From assembly GCF_006345805.1 (NCBI RefSeq), contig NC_042998.1:187674001-187738000 (forward strand): DNA of 64,000 nt, given 5' to 3'. A program made the translations under genes and the position numbers. Shown piece by piece: positions 1 to 13,132 of this stretch; positions within the stretch are counted from its first letter, which is position 1, and each line of letters opens with the position of its first letter. The notes beneath the pieces are model-generated. The model searched no databases. It worked only from the letters and a program-made list of their open reading frames with translations, and was not told where the DNA came from. Source of the DNA: Octopus sinensis (Eukaryota).

Positions 1-160
1 AATAAAATGATCCATTTTCATATAATTTGGCACATAGATGTATGTTTTTACATTGTGATTAGCTAGCAATCTGGCACAAGTAATCCCTTGAGCTCCCTGA
101 ATATGTGGGCCACACAAAACAACAACAGTAGGTAACTGGTGGTCATTTTTGGGGTTCAAT
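1..160 (-). CDS. EDC3: EDC3 coding exon 5 (YjeF-N domain), truncated by the window edge
   Basis: cccaag acceptor; (R)LNPKNDHQLPTVVVLCGPHIQGAQGITCARLLANHNVKTYIYVPNYMKMDHFI, matching LNPKNVHQRPTVALLCGPH. Confidence 0.95.
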
Positions 161-451
161 CTTGGGAAGAAAAAAAGAAAGGAATAATTACATTGAAGAT
201 TAGAAAACCTGATTGCATAAAAGCATGGCTTTTTATTGAAACTAGCCATACCTGCCCTTAAATCATGCAAGAAGTCACAATTTAATTTTTTTAAAAATTA
301 ACCAACATCATTAGTATTATGAATGCTCAATGATTAATTTTATTACAAACATCAAATGAAAGTATAACCTCAGTACTTAACTTTGATGCAATATTTTGCT
401 TCAGGACAGCTGTTTTTTTTTTTTTTTTACTCTTCACTTTTTTTTTCTTAG

Positions 452-741
452 AAAAAGCACCATCCGAAAGTGGCCGATGCCAGCGCCACCTTGACTGGCC
501 CCCGTGCCTGTGTGGCACATAAAAAGCACCAACCAATCGTGGCTGCTGCCAGACTCCCCTGGCACCTGTAAAAAGCACCCACTACACTCACGGAGTGGTT
601 GACATTAGGAAGGGCATCCAGCTGTAGAAACACTGCCAGATCAGACTGGAGCCTGGTGCAGCCTCCTGGCTTCCCAGACCCCGGTCGAACCGTCCAACTC
701 ATGCTAGCACGGAAAACGGACGTTAAACGATGATGATGATG
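452..741 (+). mobile_element. Truncated RTE 3' UTR copy with (GAT)n tail
   Basis: Conserved GGAAGGGCATCCAGCTGTAGAAAC...GGACGTTAAACGATGATG terminus. Confidence 0.85.
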
Positions 742-952
742 TTTTACATACATTTCTCCACACTAGATATTTCCATACTTGTACATGTGAATATTGTTAT
801 AGATATATGTTCGTACCACGAGATTCTTAATTCAAGGGCAACAGGTAAAGTTGCTTGTTAAGCAGACTGAGACGTGGATAAATACAGATTTTATCATAAG
901 TTAAAACTGCACAATGAGCAAAAAAATAAAATTTTTTAAATATTACACTAAC

Positions 953-1106
953 CTGTGACTGCCTCCTAAAAGCTGCAAAATCATTTCTGTAGTTGACCGC
1001 CCTACAGTTTCAAGTTGCCTTGATTTTGAGAAACCAAATTCTTCACCGGCAGAAAACAAACGTGACCGTAACTCATAAGATATACTTGGAACAGTCAGTC
1101 CAGAAT
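953..1106 (-). CDS. EDC3: EDC3 coding exon 4 (start of YjeF-N domain)
   Basis: DSGLTVPSISYELRSRLFSAGEEFGFSKSRQLETVGRSTTEMILQLLGGSHR; 154 nt, phase 1 to 2; donor GTTAGT. Confidence 0.95.
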
Positions 1107-1636
1107 CTGAGAACAAGATTTTTATCAATGACAAAACAAAAAATAACACAGAAAAAGATTCAATGTTTTGAACTGGCAATCTGAAATTTCTAACTAAAAT
1201 TTCTCATCAGAAGTTTTCAATTATTATCCAGGTAACTATGCCACTTTATAATGCCAGCATAGCTTGCGTATTATGAAAATTGCCTTATACCACTAATTTC
1301 TTTCGTCTTTTTTTACTAAATGTTGTCCCTCAGTTCAAATTCAGATACATTGGTAGAGAACTTAACAAAACCAACATGTAAAAAGAAAGTGTTGTTTCTT
1401 AATTAGTCCATCAGTGCCACTAATTTTTTCTCATTTTCTCTTTCTCGGAGATGCTTAAAAATGAATAGATTAGAGTAAAAGCAAAAATCTATTCAACAGA
1501 ACATTTGAGAAAATTAACTTTCTCACATGCTTAAAGACAATATGATAGGTACGTCATACTATTTCATTATATATTTCATTCAATCTTTCAAATCTGTGAT
1601 GATAATTTTACCAAACAGAATATAAATCCAACAAAC

Positions 1637-1948
1637 CTGTTACATATTCTTGGTCTGAATAACAAGGAACTTTAATTTTACATAAAACCACAGGACCAGA
1701 CTCCAAAATATTTTCATCATGACGATATTTGGCAGGATTTTTCCTATCATTATTATGGTGAATTATTTCTGGCAAAGAATTTTCCATTTCCTGGAAGAAA
1801 GCTTTTTTGTCAAAAAGAGCCAAATTTTTCTCAAAGTCAAATTCCTTCAGAAAAGATTCAGAAGGAGCACTAAAACAATCTTCTCGTGTCATCAGTTTGC
1901 GACGGCAATCTATTTTTCGAGCTGGAGTTTTCTTCCTTGGTTCTGATG
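1637..1948 (-). CDS. EDC3: EDC3 coding exon 3 (FDF domain)
   Basis: EFDFEKNLALFDK...KYRHDENILES motif; 312 nt, phase 1 to 1; ttgtag acceptor and GTTTGT donor. Confidence 0.95.
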
Positions 1949-2480
1949 CTACAAAATAATTTTGTAATTATTTAGTCAAAAGAAAATGAAAGAAGGCAAT
2001 TATCATTTTTTTTCTTCTATAAAACACTTTTAGTAAGTTATTATTATACACATAAATTCATAGCATTATTTACAAATATAAAGGTGCTTGGCTTCAATAA
2101 CTTTAGTAGATAAATCTTTTACTGTTAAAAATCAACTTCTCAAATATTTAGTTTACATCAGAGTCTATGAAAAGTTTTGATAAGCCCAAATATATATTAA
2201 ATGTGATCCATAGATGGTTAGTTTACATTACTGTTTAGTATTCAACAACAGCTGAGGTAATGGACAGCTGTGAGGAGAATAGAAAAACAACATCAGAAAA
2301 TCATTAAAACAAAAAAAAAAAACAAACTAAGATTTAATTTGAAATCATGATTACAAAAAGTTGGCAATGAAAGCCCAAGATTGAACAAAGTGATATGGAT
2401 AACAAAATAATCAGCACCAGTTAAGTAAGGCAGGACACGAAACTTAGACAAGCATTTCTATAGGTTGGAAATTTCATACA

Positions 2481-3023
2481 CATAAAAAGCACCATCCAAA
2501 CATGGCCATTGCCAGCGCCGCCTCGACTGGCTTCTGTGCCAGTGGCACATAAAAAGCACCATCCGAACGTGGTCGATGCCAGCGCCAACTCGACTGGCTT
2601 CTGTGCCGGTGGCACATAAAAAGCACCATCTGAACGTGGTCGATGCCAGCGCCAACTCGACTGGCTTCTGTGCTGGTGGCACATAAAAAGCACCATCCGA
2701 ACGTGGCTGATGCCAGCGCCGCCTTGGCTGGCTTCCGTGCCGGTGGCATGTTAAAAGCACCAACCGATCGTGGCCAATGCCAGCGGCACGTTAAAAGCAC
2801 CAACCGATTGTGGCCGATGCCAGACTCCCCTGGCACCTGTGCCGGTGGCACGTAAAAAGCACCCACTACACTCGTGGAGTGGTTGGTGTTAGGAAGGGCA
2901 TCCAGCTGTAGAAACACTGCCAGATCAGACTGGAGCCTGGTGCAGCCCCTGGCTTCCCAGACCCCGGTCGAACCATCCAACCCGTGCTAGCGCGGAAAAC
3001 GGACGTTAAACGATGATGATGAT
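2481..3023 (+). mobile_element. Truncated RTE 3' UTR copy with a long tandem module array
   Basis: About seven AAAAGCACC modules upstream of the conserved terminus. Confidence 0.87.
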
Positions 3024-3559
3024 AGAAACTGCATGAAGTGGTAGAAAACACAAACAAAAAAGCGAGACAGAGAGAATGATAGTGACCGAACTATAAGACA
3101 TGTCAATTGACACAGACAAGGAGATTAAGGCATATTGCTCAGAGCATGTCAGAAACACCATTCCAGCAACCTATCCTGAAAGATATACAGAAACTATACA
3201 AATCTAAAGACCTCAAAAACAGAGCTATCTAAAATGTGAGGATTGAAAACAGAAACAATTCCAATAACAAAGGTTTTTGAATAATGAAAATGACAATTAT
3301 ATAATCAAAATGACAAGACTTAACAGACATGCAGAAAAGAGCACAATTAATATAACAGAAAATAGAAAGAAAAGACACACAGAAAAGCATGCAATAAAAA
3401 CTATCTATATAATTAGCAAGACCTTTCTCTATACTGTGATAATAAAGAGCTTTTTGTAAACAATGCTCAAGTGCACTACAACTCGTTAGAAAAGAGGAGT
3501 CAAGTAAAGAAAGACAGTAAAGATTATTGTTAACAACGATGCCATGGTCACATTCACCA

Positions 3560-4190
3560 GCAGACTTCTTAAACTTGGTGTTGTGGAGGGGGTAGGTGAA
3601 TTACTGGTTTTCCTTCCAAAAATGTATAATGATACACTTATCTACAACCAGCTTGAACTGTCAGTTATAATCCATTGCTATATTGTGTCTAGATCAGATT
3701 ACAGGAGAGATCTATAGCATATAAGATCTGCTCTTTTCATCTCAAGGTACAGCTTAATTTTGTCTGCCTATTTTAACAAGCTTCAAGCTAGCATCTAAAA
3801 ATATATGCAACACCCTGCTGGACACAAGATGGCATCACATAAGGTGCAGAATGTTGTCCTAATATAACTGGCTACTGCTTTTCAACCGGCCAAGCAGGAT
3901 TTCAACCAATTATAAAGATAAACCTTCAAGCCCCTTGCAAAAAGCTATGCCAGAAGTTATTTGTATGACAAAGATTTAAAAGCTTTAGTAAAGTCAGGAT
4001 AGATAACATCCACTCATCTTTTGGGGGTTGAATAAGGTTATAAGAAGTCTAGAAGTTCCTAAGTGTCTCTCTGACACTTTAATCAATTTGGCAATACAGC
4101 TTGTGAGACTGATTGGATGGTAATTAACAGGTGATGTATGGTCACCTTTTTGAACAAGGTAAAGCCGTGCAGTAGAAAGAGGTTCCAATT
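3560..4190 (-). mobile_element. Decayed LINE RT fragment
   Basis: KGDHTSPVNYHPISLTSCIAKL (NYRPISL motif) in ORF 3994-4188. Confidence 0.6.
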
Positions 4191-6668
4191 TAGAAAAAGG
4201 CCAACAGTATTGAAGTGAGGGGGGTTAGTTGATTCCACCAATCTGGTTGATGCTTTATTTTATTGACTGCAAAAAGATGAAAGGCAAATTGTCCATAGCA
4301 TGATTTGAATTCAGAACACTAAGAGCTGGAAAAAATACCATGAAGTATATTTTGCTGATGCTTTAACAATTCTGCCAATTTACTGCTCTCTAATGATTAT
4401 TTTTAACATATAAGGCAAGCAATTTATAGGGCAGGATTTTTTAAAATTTTACTCCTGGAAGAATGAAAAACAAAGTTAACCATAGCAGTATTTGAACTCG
4501 GAATGTAAAAAGTTAGAACAGACACTGCAAAGCATCTGGTCTGATGCTCTAACAATTATGCCAATCCATTACCGTCCAACCCATGCTAGCATGGAAAGCG
4601 GACGTTAAACGATGATGATGATGATTACCTAAACAAGAATAATTACCATTAAAGCCTTCATTTCAGTTTCCTTGTTTTAATTAGTTTTAGAATCCTTCAT
4701 AAAATAGGGTAAATTTAGACTAAAGGAGAATCACATTCAAGCATCGCAGAAACGCATTCCATCTCAAATATATTTTCTCTCATTTCTCTCACTGAATTAT
4801 CTGATTTGGATAAATGAAAAGTTTCTGACCACAGATAAAACATCTCACAGAGCCACTGAATGAACCAGAAATTCAACTCTGTTAATAATGTTGCTAATTG
4901 ATAACACACCTATGTGTGAATATACACATATATTATATGACTGAAACAGGAGTTGTCACTGTGCTTACCAAAGATCAGTTTCATTGCAATCTATTTTTAA
5001 TTAATTTAAATACCAGAGTTTTCCAACTATCTAGCAAACTATGTAAGAAAATAAAACATACCACATAAAACATATTAGCAAAAGGAAAGGACCAAATCTG
5101 ACAAGTTCACCTCATATATAATCTTTTCATGAATTACAGGTGCTCACATAGCTTACGTTTCTGTACTGTTCATGTGAAGATGTTACTCTTTTTGGCTACG
5201 ATTTTAGTCAATCACAACCAATTTTCTCTGGCTACTTCAGTTCAATAAATTGAGGAAATAAAAGATGAAGTGTTATGCCAAATGACATAATGAATGGTTG
5301 ATGCAAGGTAACTTCTTGTTTAATTTGATGTAATGTAATTACATCAACAGTAATGTAATTCTTCTTCTTCTTCTTATTATTATTATTATTAAAGCGTCAA
5401 GCTAGCAGAATCATTAACACACCAGGTGAAATGCTTAGCAGTATTTTATCTGTTTTCAAGTTCTGAGTTCAAAAGCTGCCAGGTTTACTTTGCTTTACAT
5501 CATTTTGGGATTGATAAATTAAGTACCAGTTACACACTGGGATCAATGTAATCAGCTGGTTCCCTCCCCTAAAATTCAAGGCCTTGTGCCTATAGTAGAA
5601 AGGATTATTATTTTTTTTTTCTTCTTTTTGGACAAAACCCTGTGTACTTTTCATCCTGTCTTTGTCCTTACATGTTTTTGATTTATATTAGCCCTTGTGG
5701 CCAATAAAACAAGAATTAATTATTATTATTATTATGAAACAAGCATTATGCAAGCAAAAAGATTTTCTATCACTTTTTAACAACTATCACTGGAAAAACC
5801 TCCAGACATATTTGTGTCACAAACTATAATTTTAGAGATGATAACCAACATATAACAATAAATTGAATTAAACAATAAAAAAATAATTTTTGGTAAACTC
5901 TGAATAATAGTCACCATGAAAAAAAAAATCTCTCATTTGTAAGGACATAAATTCAATCCTCAGTTTTCCTACTAAAGTTTTTTTTTTATAAGACCTTTAC
6001 AAAAAAAAATCTTAAATCACATGACAAACATGAAGAAAACAAGGCATGTGTGAATGTTTAGTGAATAGCACATCAACAACAACAACAAAAAAAAACCTTA
6101 AAATTTCAAATTGAAAACTGATTTTTAAAGTATTTAAAAAAAAATCATTCAAAGCATTCAAAACTTGTTTGTTAATTCTGTTAAGCGGTTTTGATCCTAC
6201 AGCTGTGTTCAAGTTAATAAAGAATAATTAAGTTCAGTTAATAAATAAAAAAAAAAAGATTGCATAATTGTTTTAGCTTAAAAGCACAATAATCAAGCAA
6301 ACATGCATAGACATTAAATACTAGCATGCATAAACAAGTTTAATGTCAAGAAATATTTTTAGCTTTAATTTATAGAACAATAAATACTCTAACAACATGC
6401 CAACACCCATAGTGAGGTCAATCTTTTGTCAATTCTATTTTTATAATGGTCTCTCACACCACAGTAATACTGCAATACCAATATAACACCTTATTTGCTG
6501 ATGGTACAATCATAACTGAAAGCTCAGGCAGTTCTTCTACTGAGTATAAGAAAACATTCTCTCTTCTACAAGCTGCCTATTAACCAAAGTTGATAAAATA
6601 CTTGCATTATACTGCACTAGATTAATACTTTTCCCTAAAACCAAACTTTAATCAAAAGTAATAGTTCA

Positions 6669-7100
6669 TGCTCGCAGGACAGCCTGCTGCGCTGACCTTG
6701 GATTGTAGAGTGACCCGCTGTTCTTGAGGAGACCTGTTGAGTCAAGTTCATCATCAAAAATTTGAATGGTAATTGTAGTTAAGACACCAGTGCTGGTAAC
6801 ACGTAAAAGCACCGTTCGGGCGTAGCAGTTACTAGCGTCGCCTAACTGGCGTCCGTGTTGGTGACACATAAAAGCACCAACCGATCGTGGCCGTTTGCCA
6901 GCCTGCGCTGGTTCCTGTGCCAGTGGCACGTAAAAAACACCCGCTACACTCACGGAGTGGTTGGCGTTAGGAAGGGCATCCAGCTGTAGAAACACTGCCA
7001 AATCAGACTGGAGCTTGGTGCAACCTTCATGGCTTACCAGACCCCGGTCGAACCGTCCAACCCATGCTAGCATGGAAACCGGACGTTAAATGATGATGAT
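6669..7100 (+). mobile_element. Truncated RTE 3' UTR copy
   Basis: Includes the upstream UTR segment shared with 43440-43560, then the conserved terminus. Confidence 0.85.
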
Positions 7101-7399
7101 TATTTATGCAGTTAGGTGTTAAATTCACTCATTTAATAGCCCAGGGCACAAAATCCCAGTGCTACCCAGGAAGTGGTCTATCTCGATATGGAGGAAGTGA
7201 GTGAGCAAAAACTTGACATTGTATACTCAATACAAGAAATTGGTATATAACAAGAGTCTCTGTCAAACTGACCTCAGACTCAGATGTGATATGCAGTGGT
7301 AGTAGGAGTACCCTTGAAATAAAATCCATAAACAGCTTGTTCAATATAGGTAGTTTCTTTTAGTCAGGTAATCTAGTTAAGTATATGCCAAGGGAAGAA

Positions 7400-8308
7400 A
7401 CTAGAAGTAGATAATAGCTTCTGCTACCTAGACGACCAAGTCTATAGTGGGGATGGTTGCTATGAGAGTGTAGTGACTAGAATAAGAATAGCCTGGGCAA
7501 AGTTCAAGGAGCTCCTACCTCTGCCGGCAACAAAGGCCCTCTTGCTCAGGGTAAAAGGTAGACTGTATGAGGCATGTGTGTGAACTGCCATGCTACACGG
7601 CAGTGAAACCTGGGCCATGAATGCAGAGGACGTGTAGACTTGAAAGAAATAAAGCTATTATGATCCGCTGAATGTGTAATGTCAGTGTGCATACACAACA
7701 GAAAAGTTGGACATAAGAAGCATCAAATGTGGTATGCAAGAGAGGCGACTGCACTGGTATGGTTATATGTCACGTATGAATGAAGACATCTGTGTGAGGA
7801 AGTGCCACTCCCTAACTGTAGAAGGAAATTGTGGAAGAAGTAGACCCAGGAAGACATGGAATGAAGTGATGAAGCATGACCTTTGAATATCAGGCCTCAG
7901 AGGCAATGACAGGAGACCGGGACCTTTGGAGACATGCTGTGATTGTGAAGATCTGGCTCCCATGCTGGTGGCATATAAAAAGCACCGTCTGAACATGGTT
8001 GATGCCAGGTCTGCCTGACTGGCTCCCGTGCTGGTGGCAGGTAAAAAATACCAACTAAACATGGCCAATGCTAGTACCACCATCCAAACATGATTGATGC
8101 CAGGTCCGCCTGACTGGCTTCTGTGCTGGTGGCACATAAAAAGCACCCACTACACTCTCAGAGTGGTTGGTGTTAGGAAGGGCATCCAGCTGTAAAAACT
8201 TTGCCTGATCAGATTGGAGCCTGGTGTAGCCACTGTCTCTCCAGACCCCAGTCAAACCGCCCAACCCAAGCCAGCATGGAAAACAGACGTTAAACAATAA
8301 TGTTGATG
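7400..8308 (+). mobile_element. Decayed RTE LINE: RT C-terminus plus 3' UTR
   Basis: LEVDxFCYL, RIAWAKFKELLPL and RPRKTW motifs followed by the repeat family terminus. Confidence 0.82.
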
Positions 8309-9191
8309 AAGAATCTAATTAAGTATAATCTGTTGAGTGTATTAATTTGCATTAAAAAATTGAGCCCAAGTGTGGAGAGAGAAAGAGAGAGAGTGGGGAA
8401 AGAGACTATTAAAGTTATACTCAAGAGATAACTATTCTGGTATAAACCTGTTATCTGAATGGATGATGAGTGCTTAGTGAAAAAGGACTGTAAGTTGATA
8501 TTAAAAGGTGTCTGTTAAAGAGTAAAATGTGATGAAGTCAGATTTCAGAAGGCCTCACAGATAGATTGACAAAGGATTCTAATTGATGATACGATACAGT
8601 AAACAAATATTAAAACAATATTAATGATATTATTAATATCAAGCAAATACCAGTAGCATATACAGAACAAAATAACACCAAAACCTAAAATATTTCCTTA
8701 GTGTGTATAGACACACATAAACACACTCACATACACTGATAAGCTTACATGTTATCTCTACTACTGCTACTATTTAGGCTGGCTTTTTTTTTTTTGGCGG
8801 GGGGGCAGTTACATTTTAATTACATAGAGTGCATTTAATGCCAATTTATGGGTGAAAATAGAAGCACTATACACATGAACAATCTGCCAGCAAAGACACA
8901 ATTACACTACAATTGCACTATTTTGCATTAGCAACATATATACACACCACACTTAGTTTTCTCACTACCTAAATCAGCAGTTATAAATACCTTGCAAATT
9001 CTGTAGTTTACTCTTATTCTCTAATAGTTTAGTTTTAGCTCCAATGTCCCCTCCTAAAGATATTAAACAGACAAATGTGAGTAGAGCTGTAAATTCAAGA
9101 TATGTATGGTAAGACAAAAACCAATAATACAATAACATGTATGGAGAAGATCGAATTTACATGCAAAAATATTAGTTGAGTTAATGTATAC

Positions 9192-9402
9192 AACAATCCA
9201 GTTTTATTAATTATCAATAAAATTATTTACCAATATGACAAGTGATTAGTTTTAACAAAATTAGTGTAATTAGAAATACAATATACCCATTATCATAACA
9301 ATCCAGTTTTATTAATTATCAATAAAATTATTTACCAATATGACAAGTGGTTAGTTTTAACAAAATTAGTGTAATTATAAATATTATATATCCACTATCA
9401 TT
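9192..9402 (+). repeat. Tandem duplication, unit about 105 bp
   Basis: AACAATCCAGTTTTATTAATTATC starts at both 9192 and 9297. Confidence 0.88.
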
Positions 9403-10481
9403 AGTAACAAAATGTTTCTCCCACAACAATTAACAGCAAGCAGAACTACACAACAGAATGTTTGGACTTAAAAGAAATTTTAACAATGTTATCAGTTGCT
9501 AGTTGTTATTAATTAGGTAGAGCCTAATGCTGTATGGTTTTTGATAAACAAAACCTTGACACCTGTTTTTCCATTATGCACCTATATGTCAAAGAACAGA
9601 AGTCAACTATAGGTTTATTTCTGTCTCATCATCATTTACCATCTGCTTTCCATACTGGCATGGGTTAGATGGTTCGACTGGAACTGGTAAGTAAGAGCGC
9701 TACACCAAGTTCCAGTCTGCTTTGGCATAGTTTCTACAGCTGAATGCTCTTCCTAGTGCCAACCACTTTACAGTGTGTGCTGGGTGCTTTTACATGTCAC
9801 TGGCATCAACCACGATTATGATTTCACTTCACTTGACGTGTCTTCTCAAGCAGAGCCTATCACCAAAGGTCTCAATCATTTGTCAACGTGTGTGAAAAAT
9901 AATGGTGATCAAGTATAATCAGAGAATGCAGCAATTGAAATATAATGTAAATAAAAAGATAGAAGTTGAAATTAAACAGCTGAATTCATCTTGAGCACCC
10001 TAGTAATAATAACTGATGGGTATAGAACTGCAGTTCAGTAATTGATGCTGAATCATCATCAGCATCATTTAACATCTGTTTTCCGTTTTGGCAAGGGCTT
10101 GACAAGAGCTAGCAAGGTCAGGGGCCACACCAGATTCCATAGTCTGTTTTGATTTGATTTCTACAGCTGGATGACCTTCCTAATGCCAACCATTTTGCAG
10201 AAAATACTGAATACTGAGTAGAATCAGATATTCCATCCTAGATGCAGAAATTTTTGTAGAAATGAGTACATAATGATACATGAAGAGGAATTAGTGTAAA
10301 ATGGATTTAAAAAAAACAACAATATTTTAAGTTAGTAAAGGTGTTATGTCTAATGATGAAAACTCAGAACTATTAAAACTTCAGTAAGAGTGAAGTCTTG
10401 TGGAATAAGTAAATATAACAAATATTTAAAGATAGCTATCATCCATTCTCACTAAAGGAATTTGTACTAAAAAAAAAATTT

Positions 10482-11371
10482 AAAAATAGCCAAAAATATA
10501 TTAATTCTTGCCACTTTCAGATTACATTCAGCCATTCATAGAATCATTTACCATGACAAACTACTTCTGAAATTGCTAATTGACAACATATAAAATTGTG
10601 TGTCTCACATGGTAAGATAATTTTTCAACACATACTTGAAGCTGTTTCAGTAATAATGTAGTAACATTTCAAGTGAAACAAGTGTTTATCTGATCTGACA
10701 CTCACTGTGGCTTTCATTACCTTGGTCCACATGCCTCAAACTATTCAAAGTACTTCCTCCCTGTGAATCACCCAGCAACTGATATCTACATGATATAGGG
10801 AGTCATTAGAATTATGTGTGTATGCACACATACACACATTATATCACACCAAGTTGTCTTTTGTTACATGATTCACAGGGAAGAAGTGCTTTCAATAGTT
10901 TAAAGCAGTGGTTTTCAACCAGGGTTCTGCCAGTACAGTGCAGGAGTTCCGCAAGAAGTTACAAAACTGCTAAACTCGGCAGTAATTTTTAAGTCTCCTG
11001 TGCAGATATATGTGCATAAGACTATTAAATTATTGCACAGGGGTTCCTCGAGCCAGTGGAATGTTTCCTTGGGGTTCCGCTCCTGCAAAAAGTTTGAAAA
11101 GCACTGGTTTAAAGCATGTGGACCAAGTTAATGAAAGTCACAGTGAATGTCTGATCAGATAAACACTTGTTTCACTTGAAATGTTACTACATTATTACTG
11201 AAACAGCTTCAAGTATGTGTCGAAAAATTATCTTACCATGTGAGACACTTACACAATTTCATATGTTGTCAATTAGCAATTTCAGAAGTAAGTTTGTCAT
11301 GGTAAATGATTCTATGAATGACTGAATGTGATCTGAAAGTGGCAAAAATTAATATATTTTTGGCTATTTTT
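10482..11371. repeat. Long inverted repeat (about 290-bp arms, 98-bp spacer)
   Basis: 10482-10770 is the reverse complement of 10869-11371 once the hAT MITE is removed. Confidence 0.9.
10906..11106. mobile_element. hAT-type MITE
   Basis: TIRs CAGTGGTTTTCAAC / GTTTGAAAAGCACTG; 8-bp TSD GTTTAAAG at 10898 and 11107. Confidence 0.88.
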
Positions 11372-11452
11372 TTATTTTTTTAAATACAAATTCATGCACC
11401 AGACTCAAAATAGAACTAAAATTGTTTGAGTATAAATGTTGCCTGAAGCTAC

Positions 11453-11724
11453 CTGAGTTTCGGCGTTGTTTCAAGTGATCATCTTTATTAGTTGGAGTAC
11501 GACGATGGTTTCCGTTGTTCCACTGTGAATTCTTGTCTTTGGATGGTGTGCGGCTTTGGTTATAATTGTCATTACACGATACTACTTTAACAGGAGAAGC
11601 TGTTCCACCACAAATAGCTTCCATCTGTTCCTTTGTAAATTTGGATGGGGTTGACTGGATAGAGAGAATATCTCGGGCATCTTCTGCTGACTTCAAGATG
11701 GATAGTTCTCTGATGTCTCCAGCA
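11453..11724 (-). CDS. EDC3: EDC3 coding exon 2 (end of LSm domain plus low-complexity linker)
   Basis: tttcag acceptor; AGDIRELSILKSAEDARDIL...KQRRNS, matching AGDITELKIL. 272 nt, phase 2 to 1; donor GTAGCT at 11452. Confidence 0.9.
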
Positions 11725-12003
11725 CTGAAAATAATAAAGATAGAAATACTTCTTCATTGTAAAGCAATATTGTGCAAGATATATAGATTGTAGAATAACA
11801 TGTATCATTACAATTCAATGCTGATAGTATTAGTTTAGCCTAGAGTAATATTGGTTTCAAATTTTGACACAAGGCCAGCAATTTCGGAGGAGGGAGCAAG
11901 TCAGTTACATCAACCCCAGTGCTCAACTGGTACCTATTTTATCAACCTTGAAAGGATGAAAGGCAAAGTCAACTTTAATTGGAATTTGAACTCAATGTCA
12001 CCA

Positions 12004-12365
12004 TCATGGCCCATCTTTCCGAACGAAGATCAGGAAGGCTGTCCATGTCGCGTGCATGCACGCTCATGACTGACAAGTTCAATATGGGAAAGGCAGGTCC
12101 GTGAGCAGTGTCCACAGACGAAGGTAACATCCAGTGTGGTGTCAGAGGCAGCTCGCGCCTTCCTCCTGCGTCTCTTCTTTGTTCCTCAAACTTGCCGACT
12201 GCATTGAAGATCGTGTGGCACCAGACATCACGGTCCGCAGCCAGGTCTGACCAGCATTGGTGGTTAATATGACATGCTGTTAGAGACTTCTTGAGGCAGT
12301 CTTTGTATCGCTTTCTCAGAGCTCCTCTCACTTGGTGGCCGGTGGAGAGTTCGCCAAACTGGGCA
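12004..12365 (-). mobile_element. 3' end of a second RTE lineage (BovB-like), inserted in an older SINE
   Basis: RKRYKDCLKKSLTACHINHQCWSDLAADR...CGRACLSHIELVSHERAC-type C-terminus, distinct from the dominant RTE family. Confidence 0.7.
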
Positions 12366-12689
12366 AGACAGACAAAATGCTGCTAAGCATTTTGCCTGGC
12401 ATGCTAATGATTCTACCTGATTGCCGCCTTAAACCTACAGTAACATCAGAAGAAAATATTTTTAAGTTACTATTCCAGAAAGTAGAATGTTTCCTTCTAA
12501 TATACCAGAATATGAGAGGTGCAAGGCTTTGGGCCAAGTGTTTATTCTCTGGTTAGATAAACTGAGACAAACACTAACACACTCACCACGATACAGAAAT
12601 AAATGCCTGTAGCAGGAAATTGATGATTTAACCATATATATAAAGGGAAAGTTTACGAAAATAAACAAAAGACGAAGGCATGTGGAGTA

Positions 12690-13087
12690 CAAACAAACAA
12701 ATGTATTAGTATAGCGCTCAGAAATAGAAAAAGTCTTTACGTTTCGAGCCTATGCTTTTCTACAGAAAGGGACACAGAAAAAAACAAGGAGAGAAAAAAA
12801 TGCGTGTAGGAGCTAACGATCTATATATATATATATATATATATAATAAATATTAGGGAATATATCCAAATTTACAGGGAAAAAATCAGATTTAGGATTA
12901 AATCCAATTTTATAGTAAAATATTATAAAATATTATTTGAGACAAAACCACTATTTTGCAAAACAAACAAGGAAAGACTTAATCAATACATAAAATTTAA
13001 TAAATTGATATTTATTAAATTTTATGTATTGATTAAGTCTTTCTTGTTTGTTTTGCAAAATAGTGGTTTTGTCTCAAATAATATTTT

Positions 13088-13132
<45 letters not shown>

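Noticed and set aside
2481-2870. CRISPR-like array of conserved GGCACATAAAAAGCACC repeats with variable spacers (also at 59350-59640 and 45700-46220)
   Set aside because: The context is eukaryotic, there are no cas genes, the spacers resemble each other, and the array is part of an RTE 3' UTR.
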